Below, in pieces: positions 26,502-35,435 of a stretch of 64,000 nt of DNA. The notes below the pieces were generated by a model. It was not told the DNA's origin. It did no database searches and was given only the letters and a program-made list of their open reading frames with translations. Position 1 is the stretch's first letter; each line of letters starts with the position of its first letter. Origin of the DNA: an uncultured Alphaproteobacteria bacterium (GTDB lineage: Bacteria > Pseudomonadota > Alphaproteobacteria > CAAHEQ01 > UBA3637); assembly GCA_944392555.1 (NCBI GenBank), contig CALXWZ010000001.1:1810-65809 (forward strand). Reading direction: 5' to 3'. A program made the position numbers and the translations under genes.

Positions 26502-27071
26502 TTATTGCCAATTAGGTTTCTTTAGCTTTTGCCTCCTTGTCTCTGCTGCGGAGCGTGACACTCCACATGAATTACATATTTCTTGTGTACTCATTTCCTT
26601 AACAATTTCATACGGCATTAAAAATTCTGCGGCAAAAACATCAGCTTGCCATTCTGCATCTCTCCATGTTTCCAATGGCCTTGGAAGATACTGCATAAGA
26701 CGTGCAAAAGGAGCATCCTCTTTATGCCTTAAAAAAAGATGACCTAATTCGTGAGCGATAGTGAATCTAGATAGACCATCTCCTTCACAAGCTTTATTAT
26801 AAACGCTTTCTTTGATACGAATAATCTGCTCTTGTGGAAATGTCTCTGCAAATTTTCCCTTTAAAAGTGGATCGCTATCAGATACAATTTCATACGCGTA
26901 GTCAGGTAAAAAGGTTGAGCCAAAATATTCTAATATTTGAACAATATCACAATAAGCGCAATTTCTTATCCCAAATATATCCCTTAATTTAGTCGCAATC
27001 ATACGAATTTCACGAATTCGTTTTGGAGGAACAGGGACTCCTTTACTTCTTATTGTACCAAAACTAGTCAT
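26502..27071 (-). CDS. ImmA/IrrE-family zinc metallopeptidase
   Basis: FTIAHELGHLFLRHKEDAPFARL carries HEXXH plus the downstream conserved region typical of ImmA/IrrE (COG2856). Immediately downstream of, and overlapping, an XRE HTH gene. Confidence 0.75.
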   Translation of the reverse strand: MTSFGTIRSKGVPVPPKRIREIRMIATKLRDIFGIRNCAYCDIVQILEYFGSTFLPDYAYEIVSDSDPLLKGKFAETFPQEQIIRIKESVYNKACEGDGLSRFTIAHELGHLFLRHKEDAPFARLMQYLPRPLETWRDAEWQADVFAAEFLMPYEIVKEMSTQEICNSCGVSRSAAETRRQKLKKPNWQ

Positions 27072-27447
27072 CAGTTTTATTCTCCAAAATTTCTTTAATT
27101 GCTTTTTGTTGTTCATCTGTTAATTCGTTAATTTTACGAGCAAAACTGTATGCCAAAGACTGTATTTCGGCATTAGGAACATCAATTTTTATATGTACCT
27201 TATCTTTGTTCTTTAATTCTTCTTCTCGCGTTTTTTCAATTGCATTTTCAAGGGCAGAAATTTGCTCTTTTGAAAGTGGATAATGTTTTACCAACCGATC
27301 TATGAAGTTTACGGGTATGCTTTTCTTGCCTGTTTCAATAGCAGACAAGAAAGAAGAGGAAAGCTCCAGCGTTTTACTCATATCATATAATTTGATACCT
27401 AACATAATCCGAAATGTTTTTAACCATTTTCCAAATTCTGTATTCAT
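27064..27447 (-). CDS. XRE-family helix-turn-helix transcriptional regulator
   Basis: LKTFRIMLGIKLYDMSKTLELSSSFLSAIETGKKSIP is a classic XRE/Cro-C1 HTH. Paired with ImmA. Confidence 0.75.
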   Translation of the reverse strand: MNTEFGKWLKTFRIMLGIKLYDMSKTLELSSSFLSAIETGKKSIPVNFIDRLVKHYPLSKEQISALENAIEKTREEELKNKDKVHIKIDVPNAEIQSLAYSFARKINELTDEQQKAIKEILENKTDD

Positions 27448-27657
27448 TCTGTGTCTCCTTTCGACTACAAAACAGATTCTAGACTAAAATCAAACAAAAG
27501 TCAACCTATTTTGTAAAAAAAATTCACCTATCGGTTAATTTTTTTTGTAACGAATTGATTTTTAATGAAAATATTTATTAAATTTTTCATATTTTAGTTG
27601 ATTTTTATGTTTTTTTGAGCGTTATAGTTATCTGAATTATCTGAAACGGAGGTCAAA

Positions 27658-27840
27658 ATGTCAGAGAAAACGGAAAAGCTTGTTCATATCATCTTACCGG
27701 ATTTGTTAAATTATCTGAAAACGGTGGAAAGTGGGGAGATTATCAAAAAACGTCTTGAAAAAAATAATCTGCTTGCGTATAAGGAAGAAAAAACTAATGA
27801 AATTGATAATGTTAATCAGAAAACAACGAAAAATATATAA
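27658..27840 (+). CDS. small hypothetical protein (60 aa) with strong RBS, immediately upstream of the R-M genes
   Basis: acGGAGGtcaaaATG. No HTH recognisable; charged and helical. Could be a leader or controller element of the restriction operon. Confidence 0.35.
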   Translation: MSEKTEKLVHIILPDLLNYLKTVESGEIIKKRLEKNNLLAYKEEKTNEIDNVNQKTTKNI

Positions 27841-27910
27841 GATTTTTTATAAATCACTTGCAAAACTATTCAATTTTGTGTCTAATACACAAAGTATAGG
27901 AGATATCAAT

Positions 27911-29791
27911 ATGGCAAATGAAAGAATCACAGAGGATGTTGTTAGAACCCATTTTAAAGAGGATCCTTTATTTTCTTCAATTAAATTTGAAGAACAGAAG
28001 TCCACAAACATAAGGGTTATGGATGCTCTTGCTACAGCTTCAAAAGCCTTAACTGGAAAAGGCGGAAAACCAGAATTTATTATAACTTTTCCTCAACAAA
28101 GTATGGACTATCTAATTGTGGTAGAGTGCAAAGCTGATGTTTCCAAACATGAAAGTAAAAATAGGGATTGTCCTAAAGACTATGCTGTTGATGGTGCATT
28201 ACACTATTCCAAGCATTTGGCAAAAGAGTTTAACGTTATATCTATTGCAGTAAGTGGTACCGAAGATAATCTATGTGTAACACAATTTATCCAGCACAAA
28301 AACAGTGATAATATTGTTGAAATAAAGAATAAACATTTATTGAGTATATATAACTATGCGCAAACCTTCAGAAACGAGCAGTTTTCCTATAATTTAAAAG
28401 ATGTTAATATTGTTGAGAAAGCAATAAAACTTAATGAAGATTTCCAGAGCGTTTCAATATCTGAAGTGATGCGAAATACCCTGGTAAGTGGCATCTTATT
28501 GGCGTTACAGGATGATATTTTTAAGGGGTCATATTCTATTGCTGATACATCGAAAACTATTGCAGATATGCTAATTCAGGCTTTGGATAGAGTGCTAAAG
28601 AAAGCAAAAGTCCGTAGAGCTGATGATATGATGAATGTTTACAAGGGCATCTATAATGAACCATTGGTGCAGCAAAAGACATTAAAACAGAAGAAAAAAG
28701 ATATATTATCTGTTGAGTTTTTCAAAGAAACCATACGCTTTCTTGAAACGCAGGTGTATCCACTACTTAAATATGAGGAAAGCGGTTATGATATTTTAGG
28801 AAAATTTTATACAGAATTTATTAGGTATGCCGCAAGCAAACAAAAACAAGGATTAGTTTTAACTCCTTCACATGTAACGGATTTGTTTTGTGATTTAGCC
28901 CAAATAAAGGTTGATGATGTTGTGTACGATTGCTGTTGTGGTACAGGAGGATTTTTAATCGCGGCAATGAAACGCATGTTTCTGTTGGCAGGATCTGATG
29001 AAGATAGAAAAAACAACATACGAATGAATCAATTACTCGGTATGGAGTTACGCCCGGAAATGTTTACGTTTGCCTGTTCTAATATGATGTTGAGAGGTGA
29101 TGGTAAATCAAATCTTGATTGTGGTAGTTGTTTTGATGATCAAAAAGTAGATAGAATAAAAAAACTTAAGCCGACTGTTGGATTTTTGAATCCTCCATAT
29201 GATCAAGGAGTTGCAGATCAGTTGAAGTTTATAGAAAAGAGTTTGGAAGTTGTGGCTCCTCAAAAAGGCCGAGTTGTTGCCATTGTTCAAATGAGTTGTG
29301 GAATAAAAGATGAAAAAGAAGCAAATGCAATTCGAGAAAGACTTCTAAAAAAGTATACATTAAAAGCTGTAATATCAATGCCGGACGATCTATTTTATCC
29401 TGTTGGTGTTGTAACATGTGTAATGGTTTTTGATGCTGTTCCTCCAACAATTCCTAATTATAAAACTTGGTTTGGATATCTAAAAGATGATGGATTTGTG
29501 AAAAGGAAGAATAAGGGCAGAATAGACGCTTTTGATCGGTGGAATAAAATTAAGCGTAAATTTATTGAGGCTTATAACAACAACGATGAAGTTTTAGGTC
29601 TATCCGTAAAACAGTGTGTCCAAAATTCGCCTAAAGATAAATCTTTTAAGGAATGGTGTGCAGAGGCATACATGCAAACAGATTACTCCACACTAACTAA
29701 AAAAGACTTTGAAGATACGATAAAGAGATATGCTGTATTCCAAAAAGTAGGCTTAATTCAGGAGGATTCAAAGGATGAAGAAACTGAATGA
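27911..29791 (+). CDS. Type IIB restriction-modification enzyme, A subunit (N-terminal PD-ExK endonuclease + N6-adenine DNA methyltransferase), BcgI-A-like
   Basis: N-terminal MDYLIVVECKAD gives a D...ExK nuclease motif. MTase motif I VVYDCCCGTGGFLIAAM and motif IV GFLNPPYDQG (NPPY, so N6-A gamma-class). Start ATG 27911 with RBS TAGGAG; ~627 aa, which is BcgI-A size. Confidence 0.75.
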   Translation: MANERITEDVVRTHFKEDPLFSSIKFEEQKSTNIRVMDALATASKALTGKGGKPEFIITFPQQSMDYLIVVECKADVSKHESKNRDCPKDYAVDGALHYSKHLAKEFNVISIAVSGTEDNLCVTQFIQHKNSDNIVEIKNKHLLSIYNYAQTFRNEQFSYNLKDVNIVEKAIKLNEDFQSVSISEVMRNTLVSGILLALQDDIFKGSYSIADTSKTIADMLIQALDRVLKKAKVRRADDMMNVYKGIYNEPLVQQKTLKQKKKDILSVEFFKETIRFLETQVYPLLKYEESGYDILGKFYTEFIRYAASKQKQGLVLTPSHVTDLFCDLAQIKVDDVVYDCCCGTGGFLIAAMKRMFLLAGSDEDRKNNIRMNQLLGMELRPEMFTFACSNMMLRGDGKSNLDCGSCFDDQKVDRIKKLKPTVGFLNPPYDQGVADQLKFIEKSLEVVAPQKGRVVAIVQMSCGIKDEKEANAIRERLLKKYTLKAVISMPDDLFYPVGVVTCVMVFDAVPPTIPNYKTWFGYLKDDGFVKRKNKGRIDAFDRWNKIKRKFIEAYNNNDEVLGLSVKQCVQNSPKDKSFKEWCAEAYMQTDYSTLTKKDFEDTIKRYAVFQKVGLIQEDSKDEETE

Positions 29792-30791
29792 GTTATTTGA
29801 CTTACATTATGGTGTTAATTTGGAATTAATAAATTTAAATGTATGCGACAAAAATAACAAAAATTACATCAATTTTGTAAGTAGAATTTCAAAGAATAAT
29901 GGTGTTGCTGCTTTAGTTGAAAAATTAGCCGGTGTTCAGGCAAATCCTGCTGGAAGTATTTCTGTTTCAGCTGGTGGTTCAGTTGCTGAAGCGTTCTTAC
30001 AAAAAGAAGAATACTATTCAGGTAGAGATGTATATTATCTTCAAGAAAAAACACCTATGACAGATCTTCAAAAATTATTTTATTGTATGTGTATTCGTGC
30101 AAATAAATACAAGTATAACTATGGCAGACAAGCGAATAGGACTTTGGGAGACATTCTTGTTCCTGACCTGAGTGAAATACCAGATAACTTTATGCAACTT
30201 CAAATTCCTGATTATTCTTCAATGGATGATAAATCCATAATAGGTGAAATGGATTTTGATGTTAGAAAGTGGAAAACATTTAGATATGATGAAGTTTTCG
30301 ATATAAAAAAAGGGTATTATAATAAAAAACCAGAACACACGATATCTGGTGATATTCCATTCATTGGAGCTATTGACCACAATAATGGGGTATCGGAATT
30401 GTATTCTATAGAAGATATATCGTTGTATCATAAAGACGGATCAACGGATTCTGATGACTTAAATAAAAAGTTATTTGATGGCAATTGTATTACGGTATCG
30501 AACAATGGTTCTGTGGGATATGCATTTTATCAAAAAGACCAGTTTACATGTAGTCATGATGTAAATCCATTATATCTTAAAGAAAATAAAGATAGGTTGA
30601 ATCCTTATATTGCAATGTTTTTAATTTCTTTGATCGAAAAGGAAAGATTCCGTTGGTGTTATGGTCGGAAATGGCGTCCCAAGAGAATGCCTTCCTCGTT
30701 AATAAACTTACCTGTCAATAATGAGGGAAATCCAGATTGGGACTACATGGAAAAATTTATAAAATCAATGCCTTACAGCAAGTCGATTTAG
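29775..30791 (+). CDS. Type IIB R-M specificity subunit (HsdS-like TRD), BcgI-B-like
   Basis: 338 aa. Overlaps the A-subunit gene by 17 nt. HsdS-like features LGDILVPDLSE, FIGAIDHNNGVSE and TVSNNGSVGYAFYQKDQFTCSHDVNPLYLK. Size equals BcgI-B (341 aa). Confidence 0.65.
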   Translation: MKKLNELFDLHYGVNLELINLNVCDKNNKNYINFVSRISKNNGVAALVEKLAGVQANPAGSISVSAGGSVAEAFLQKEEYYSGRDVYYLQEKTPMTDLQKLFYCMCIRANKYKYNYGRQANRTLGDILVPDLSEIPDNFMQLQIPDYSSMDDKSIIGEMDFDVRKWKTFRYDEVFDIKKGYYNKKPEHTISGDIPFIGAIDHNNGVSELYSIEDISLYHKDGSTDSDDLNKKLFDGNCITVSNNGSVGYAFYQKDQFTCSHDVNPLYLKENKDRLNPYIAMFLISLIEKERFRWCYGRKWRPKRMPSSLINLPVNNEGNPDWDYMEKFIKSMPYSKSI

Positions 30792-31233
30792 CTATTTTAT
30801 AGTGTTATTCGGTATTTTACGCCTATTTTATTGATAAAATAGGATATTTTTGTTGTATTTTATTAGTTGATGAACGATTTTACCCCACTAAAAATACCCA
30901 GCTTGTTGCCAACTCAATTTGGCAGCTTGGTCGTTAAATTATTGTAATTCAATGTGTTACATAAATTATTATTCTTCTGGAGTTCGCATCCGGTCTGGTG
31001 ACCTTGAGTAGATTTGAACTAGCGACAACTAGATAAAAATATATGTTTTTCAATGAGTTATAGCTAGCGACCACTTTTTCTCATTTTTTTATGCGAGGTA
31101 TACTTTTTTGCCAAAGGTATACTTTTAGATGCGCAAAAAAGTATCATACAATTGAATATTGCCAACTTGCCATCAAAGAAAATCTATAATTAACCTATTG
31201 AAAAACATAATTAAATTATTTATTGATAAAAAA

Positions 31234-31261
31234 AACATAGTATGTATCAACATACTATGTT
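31234..31261 (-). terminator. perfect 12-bp-stem hairpin (AACATAGTATGT-atca-ACATACTATGTT) followed on the minus strand by T-run; terminator of tRNA-Pro
   Basis: Seen directly in the sequence; lies 6 nt 3' of the tRNA. Confidence 0.55.
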
Positions 31262-31267
31262 ATGTAT

Positions 31268-31344
31268 TGGTCGGAATGAAGGGATTCGAACCCTTGGCCC
31301 CTACGTCCCGAACGTAGTACTCTACCAGGCTGAGCTACATTCCG
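31268..31344 (-). tRNA. tRNA-Pro (anticodon CGG)
   Basis: Reverse complement CGGAATGTAGCTCAGCCTGGTAGAGTACTACGTTCGGGACGTAGGGGCCAAGGGTTCGAATCCCTTCATTCCGACCA shows acceptor stem pairing, GTTCGAATC T-loop, anticodon loop TTCGGGA and encoded CCA. Confidence 0.9.
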
Positions 31345-31355
31345 TTTATCCCACT

Positions 31356-31384
31356 CTTATATGCCTTTTCTTTCTCTTTGTCAA
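31356..31384 (-). promoter_or_regulatory. sigma70-type promoter for tRNA-Pro (TTGACA-17-TATAAG)
   Basis: Minus strand: TTGACAaagagaaagaaaaggcaTATAAG, ~11 nt upstream of the tRNA 5' end. Confidence 0.5.
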
Positions 31385-31453
31385 GCACTTTTTTTGCTTT
31401 TCCTAACCTTTTTTCTTTTTTCTACTTTCCCTCACTCTTTTCCCCGCGTGCTT

Positions 31454-33250
31454 TTATTCATGGTGTTCTTCTTTTCCTTTGAATTGTGCCGCATGAAGCG
31501 CATAGTATGCCCCGTGTTTCGCAAGCAATTCTTCGTGTGTGCCCGCCTCAACAATTTCACCGCTGTTGATGACAACAATTTGATCGGCGCTTTGTATCGT
31601 TGATAACCTGTGCGCAATAACAAATACCGTTCTATCTTGCATTAAGTTATCGATGGCTTGTTGCACGATTGCTTCCGATTTATTATCCAACGCTGATGTT
31701 GCTTCATCTAAAATTACAATCGGTGCATTCTTTAAAAACGCTCTGGCTATGGCAACCCGTTGCTTTTGCCCGCCGGATAACAATACACCACGTTCCCCGA
31801 TTTCCGTATCCAATCCTTCGGGCAATGTTTCAATGAATTCATCCAAACAGGCTGATTTGAGGGCTTGCTCCACTTCTTCTTTTGTGGCTTGCGGGCGCCC
31901 GAGCATAATGTTCTCGCGAATCGTTCCGTTAAATAGGAAATTATCTTGAAAAACAACGGCAATATTATCGCGTAGTGATGATAACTTCATATCATCTATA
32001 TTAACGCCGTCAATCAAAATAGCTCCGCTTGTTAATTCGTAAAATCGAGGCAGTAAATTGACGATTGTTGTTTTTCCGCCCCCCGAGTTGCCGACAAATG
32101 CAATTTTTTCTCCTTTACGAATGGTGAGGTTAATATCTTTCAATACCAATCTATCCGGTGTATATCCAAAATTAACCCCTTTATATTCAATGGCATTTTG
32201 AATTTTTGGACATTCAACCGCACCTCTTTTTTCCGTAATGTTCATTTTCATTTCCAAAAATTCAAAAATACGTTCAATGGCTAAAAATGAATTTTGAACG
32301 GATGCAAAGTTCTTTCCGATATTTTTAATCGGTGTATACAGCATTAACAATGCCGTCATAAATGCAACGAAATCACCGGGGGTAATCATTTTGGAATGAA
32401 TTAAATAACTGCCGAACCATATTGTCCCCGCTATACCGAGGGAGATGATAATATGCATCATCGGTGAGAGCCACGCCGTTTTTTGCGTTAGCTTAATTTG
32501 CAGACGGAAAATCTGCCGTAGAACATCGGAAAAACGATTGCTTTGTGCGTTTTCTAAATTATATGAAGCAATAGTTTTTAAACCGGAAAAAGTTTCATTC
32601 AGCGCTGTTAACACGGCACCGCCTGCCACAACGGATTGACTTGCTACTTCTTTAATTTTTTTACGAATCATCGTTAATGGCCATAATGCCGTTCCCAAGA
32701 CGATAATGGCAATGATTGCCAACTGCCATGAGGTATAAAGTAAAACAAATAACAATGATATGGATGAAAAAAGTCGCGTTGTAAAAACTTTTAGATTTGT
32801 TAACAATCCGGAGCAGGCTAATGTGGGATCCGAATCGCATCTGAATACAATAAATCCGGACGAGTTCTTATCAACAAAAGCCGGTTCGCATTTGACGAGT
32901 TTGCCATATACTTTTTGCTTAACGGCATTTGTGATTTTCCCACCAACCCATGCGTTTAAGTAAGACGATGTATAATCCAACGCACTTTGTATAATCGTAA
33001 ATAAAACGATAAATGCCGGAATTGTATAGAGCGGAAGATTAAAAGGTGTGCTACCGCCTTTATCCATAATAACCGTATCCATAAACGGTTTTAACGAAAG
33101 CGCAATAATCGCATCAAGCGAGCCGATCGGAATTGTAATAAGAGTGGCAACTAACGCTCTTCCCCAGTATGGGCGGATAAACGGCCACATGCGCGTATAG
33201 TTTAAAATGAAAGAGTTTTGTTTGATGCGTCGCGTACACTTTTTAAGCAT
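31454..33250 (-). CDS. ABC transporter, fused permease/ATP-binding protein (MsbA/lipid exporter family)
   Basis: Six-TM N-terminal domain. Walker A GNSGGGKTT, signature LSGGQKQRVAIARAF, Walker B ILDEATSALD. Start at M19 with AAGGA RBS. Confidence 0.85.
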   Translation of the reverse strand: MLKKCTRRIKQNSFILNYTRMWPFIRPYWGRALVATLITIPIGSLDAIIALSLKPFMDTVIMDKGGSTPFNLPLYTIPAFIVLFTIIQSALDYTSSYLNAWVGGKITNAVKQKVYGKLVKCEPAFVDKNSSGFIVFRCDSDPTLACSGLLTNLKVFTTRLFSSISLLFVLLYTSWQLAIIAIIVLGTALWPLTMIRKKIKEVASQSVVAGGAVLTALNETFSGLKTIASYNLENAQSNRFSDVLRQIFRLQIKLTQKTAWLSPMMHIIISLGIAGTIWFGSYLIHSKMITPGDFVAFMTALLMLYTPIKNIGKNFASVQNSFLAIERIFEFLEMKMNITEKRGAVECPKIQNAIEYKGVNFGYTPDRLVLKDINLTIRKGEKIAFVGNSGGGKTTIVNLLPRFYELTSGAILIDGVNIDDMKLSSLRDNIAVVFQDNFLFNGTIRENIMLGRPQATKEEVEQALKSACLDEFIETLPEGLDTEIGERGVLLSGGQKQRVAIARAFLKNAPIVILDEATSALDNKSEAIVQQAIDNLMQDRTVFVIAHRLSTIQSADQIVVINSGEIVEAGTHEELLAKHGAYYALHAAQFKGKEEHHE

Positions 33251-33417
33251 GTAAATCCTTTTGTTAATTGAGTGCATTCTAGTGTGTTTCAGATGAAATG
33301 TCAACTAAAATTCTTTTGGCCCCAGGGGTGGAATAAATGAGCCCCAAAAGAACTAAAATCACATTTTTCGAAAAAAATAAATTGTTTTGCAAAAAAAATG
33401 ATAAAAAATAAAAAAAA

Positions 33418-33453
33418 TGCTTGCATTCTTCAAAAAAATAGTGTAATAGATAT
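33418..33453 (+). promoter_or_regulatory. sigma70-type promoter for tRNA-Asn (TTGCAT-17-TAATAG)
   Basis: cTTGCATtcttcaaaaaaatagtgTAATAGatattacgttg, followed by the tRNA. Confidence 0.4.
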
Positions 33454-33461
33454 TACGTTGT

Positions 33462-33536
33462 TCCAGCGTAGCTCAGTGGTAGAGCAATCGGCTGTTAACC
33501 GATCGGTCGTAGGTTCGAGCCCTACCGCTGGAGCCA
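33462..33536 (+). tRNA. tRNA-Asn (anticodon GUU)
   Basis: TCCAGCGTAGCTCAGTGGTAGAGCAATCGGCTGTTAACCGATCGGTCGTAGGTTCGAGCCCTACCGCTGGAGCCA. 7-bp acceptor stem, anticodon loop CTGTTAA, GGTTCGAGC T-arm. Confidence 0.9.
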
Positions 33537-33540
33537 TTAA

Positions 33541-33575
33541 AAGCCCCTTGATTTTTTCAGGGGCTTTATTTTATT
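33541..33575 (+). terminator. rho-independent terminator after tRNA-Asn (AGCCCCT-loop-AGGGGCT + T-run)
   Basis: aaGCCCCTtgattttttcAGGGGCTttattttatt. Confidence 0.55.
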
Positions 33576-33860
33576 CCATTTTTTTTATTCAATATGCTAT
33601 ATTATATATTTTGTTGTTTTAATAACGGTTGAGGCAGAAATATTTAACTTTTCAGCCGACTTATTATATATATTTACTCATTATGCCGGTTATGCTAAAT
33701 TGTATTTTCTGCCGAATTTTGGGGCGCCTTTTTTTGATGCTTGTGTGCATTGTTAAGGCTCTCAATATATTAAGATTGCTTTGTTCGATGAAAAATAGAA
33801 CAGGGTAAAATTTTGAAGGAGAAAAGAGCTATCGGCGAGCAGAATAGGTGAGGGAGGATA

Positions 33861-35372
33861 TTAGCCGTTTGTGTGTTGGGAATTACGTATGAGAGACTGA
33901 GTCGCATCCGATTCATTGAGCGTGACGGGTGTGCCCAGCCGCGCCGTTGCGTTTTGAGATGTATTCGTTTGCATGGCAAGAGAGGCGGAATTTGTATTCA
34001 GGGCTGTGTTTGTGTTGGATGCTGTCGCCACCGTAGTGGTATCGGCAATGCTTTCCGTTGTAGAATTTACTGTATCAGATTTTCCCCACCAACCGAATTG
34101 TTTGCCGAGAGCATAAACACCCACGGCTGTTCCGCCAACAATGGCTGTGTCTTTGAGCCAACTTAAACCCGTTTTGCCGGCATTGCCCCAATTTCCGTCA
34201 AATAGATGCCCGACCGTTTTTAATATGCCGGTAAATACGTTGCCGACCATCTTGACGGCTTTCCCTAAAATCCCGATGGGCATCCAATCGCCAACTCTAT
34301 CGAAAATATTTCGTTGAATCCAATCACCCGTTCTGACAAGAAAGTTGCTACGTTGTTGTGCTTGCAGTTGCGCCGCTTCATTTTGAGCGGCTGTTTTGCG
34401 TAAATTTGCGGATTGCTCTTGGGGTGAACGGTTTGTTGAGGCTTGTTGATTGGCTGATACGGTAGATAAGGTAGCAGTTGTGGCTTGTTGGGGTGTATTT
34501 TGTTGAATGGCGGTTGGTAAAATTTGGTTGCTTGGGATTGAGGTGTTCGTTTGTGCCGATACCTGTTGCGATAAGGTTCGTATATCTATATCAATGCCGG
34601 CGGGTTTGTCCGTTCCGTTTAGAGCGGAAGCTATGTGTTCTGTTTCGGATTCGGCTTGTATTTCAGCAGATTTTAACGATTCTTGTAACGATGCCGATTC
34701 TACCGCTTCTTCTTCGGAAGATTGTTGGTTATCTGTTGAAAAATCATTATATTCGGATGCGGTTATCGGCAGGGAAAACGACTCGTCTTGGGGATATCCT
34801 TGTTGCGCATTGATATTTTCATTGGTTGCCATTATAGAGGGATCTGTATCAATATATTCGGTTGTATCATCTGTCGCAAAAACGGATGCCGTGTCCGACA
34901 TTGTGAGTATGGCGTTATCCGACATGGGAGCCACGATCGGAGCCAATGTGGCAGAATTGCCGATATCATCTATGTAAGGCGAAAAACTTTGTATTTCGGT
35001 ATGTTGCTCATTATATCCCATGGGGGAATACGCTGATTCGGTTGCATCTAGCTGAAGTGTTGGTAAATCAGAAGATATTGGCTCTGTTATGTATGTGAAT
35101 CCATTGACGGGTATGGCTGTTCCGCCATCACTGCCATCGCTTACAATATATAACGGTGCTGTTGACACAAAATACGGCGCAACTAATGATTGGCTTGGAT
35201 AAGTCAACGCGGTGGATGATAATAAGCCATTCGCATAAAGACCGGTTTGATAGTCCGTTAACTTTCGTGCGATGGCATCATAAACCGCATCTGCTTGTTG
35301 TTGTGTTAAATCCATTTGACACACCCCGTTATATTCGCCTTTTATTTTAGCAAAATGTTGTGAATTTGTCAA
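33861..35372 (-). CDS. large low-complexity (Thr/Gln/Ser/Ala/Asn-rich) hypothetical protein with hydrophobic/amphipathic C-terminal segment
   Basis: 503-aa ORF. Long runs such as QQNTPQQATTATLSTVSANQQASTNRSPQEQSANL. C-terminal GDWMPIGILGKAVKMVGNVFTGILKTVGHLF... No recognisable catalytic motif. Confidence 0.4.
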   Translation of the reverse strand: MTNSQHFAKIKGEYNGVCQMDLTQQQADAVYDAIARKLTDYQTGLYANGLLSSTALTYPSQSLVAPYFVSTAPLYIVSDGSDGGTAIPVNGFTYITEPISSDLPTLQLDATESAYSPMGYNEQHTEIQSFSPYIDDIGNSATLAPIVAPMSDNAILTMSDTASVFATDDTTEYIDTDPSIMATNENINAQQGYPQDESFSLPITASEYNDFSTDNQQSSEEEAVESASLQESLKSAEIQAESETEHIASALNGTDKPAGIDIDIRTLSQQVSAQTNTSIPSNQILPTAIQQNTPQQATTATLSTVSANQQASTNRSPQEQSANLRKTAAQNEAAQLQAQQRSNFLVRTGDWIQRNIFDRVGDWMPIGILGKAVKMVGNVFTGILKTVGHLFDGNWGNAGKTGLSWLKDTAIVGGTAVGVYALGKQFGWWGKSDTVNSTTESIADTTTVATASNTNTALNTNSASLAMQTNTSQNATARLGTPVTLNESDATQSLIRNSQHTNG

Positions 35373-35435
35373 ACGAAAAGGCTTTACGGAATTTTGAAAA
35401 ATAATGAAGCAAAAATTGTATCTTTCGCGTGCCGA

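Noticed and set aside
27731-30791. Type I R-M (HsdM + HsdS)
   Set aside because: No HsdR in the locus. The 'M' protein carries an N-terminal PD-ExK nuclease motif. Subunit sizes match BcgI A/B, so Type IIB is the better fit.
30792-31267. Integrase or att site next to tRNA-Pro
   Set aside because: No ORF of recombinase size or character is present. A weak tRNA-3'-like string (GGAGTTCGCATCCGGTCTGGTGACC, ~31000) was seen but does not match the tRNA-Pro 3' end.
31454-33304. Shadow ORFs in and around the ABC-exporter gene (31361..31603, 31432..31623, 31653..31949, 31747..31962, 32445..32639, 32760..32963)
   Set aside because: Overlapped by a strongly supported MsbA-like gene with all ABC motifs in frame; 31361..31603 also overlaps the tRNA-Pro promoter.
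33873-35350. Multiple plus-strand ORFs (33873..34166, 34478..34813, 34507..34977, 34788..35036, 35156..35350)
   Set aside because: Antisense to the low-complexity 503-aa gene; Cys/Arg-rich translations are typical of antisense reading of biased sequence.
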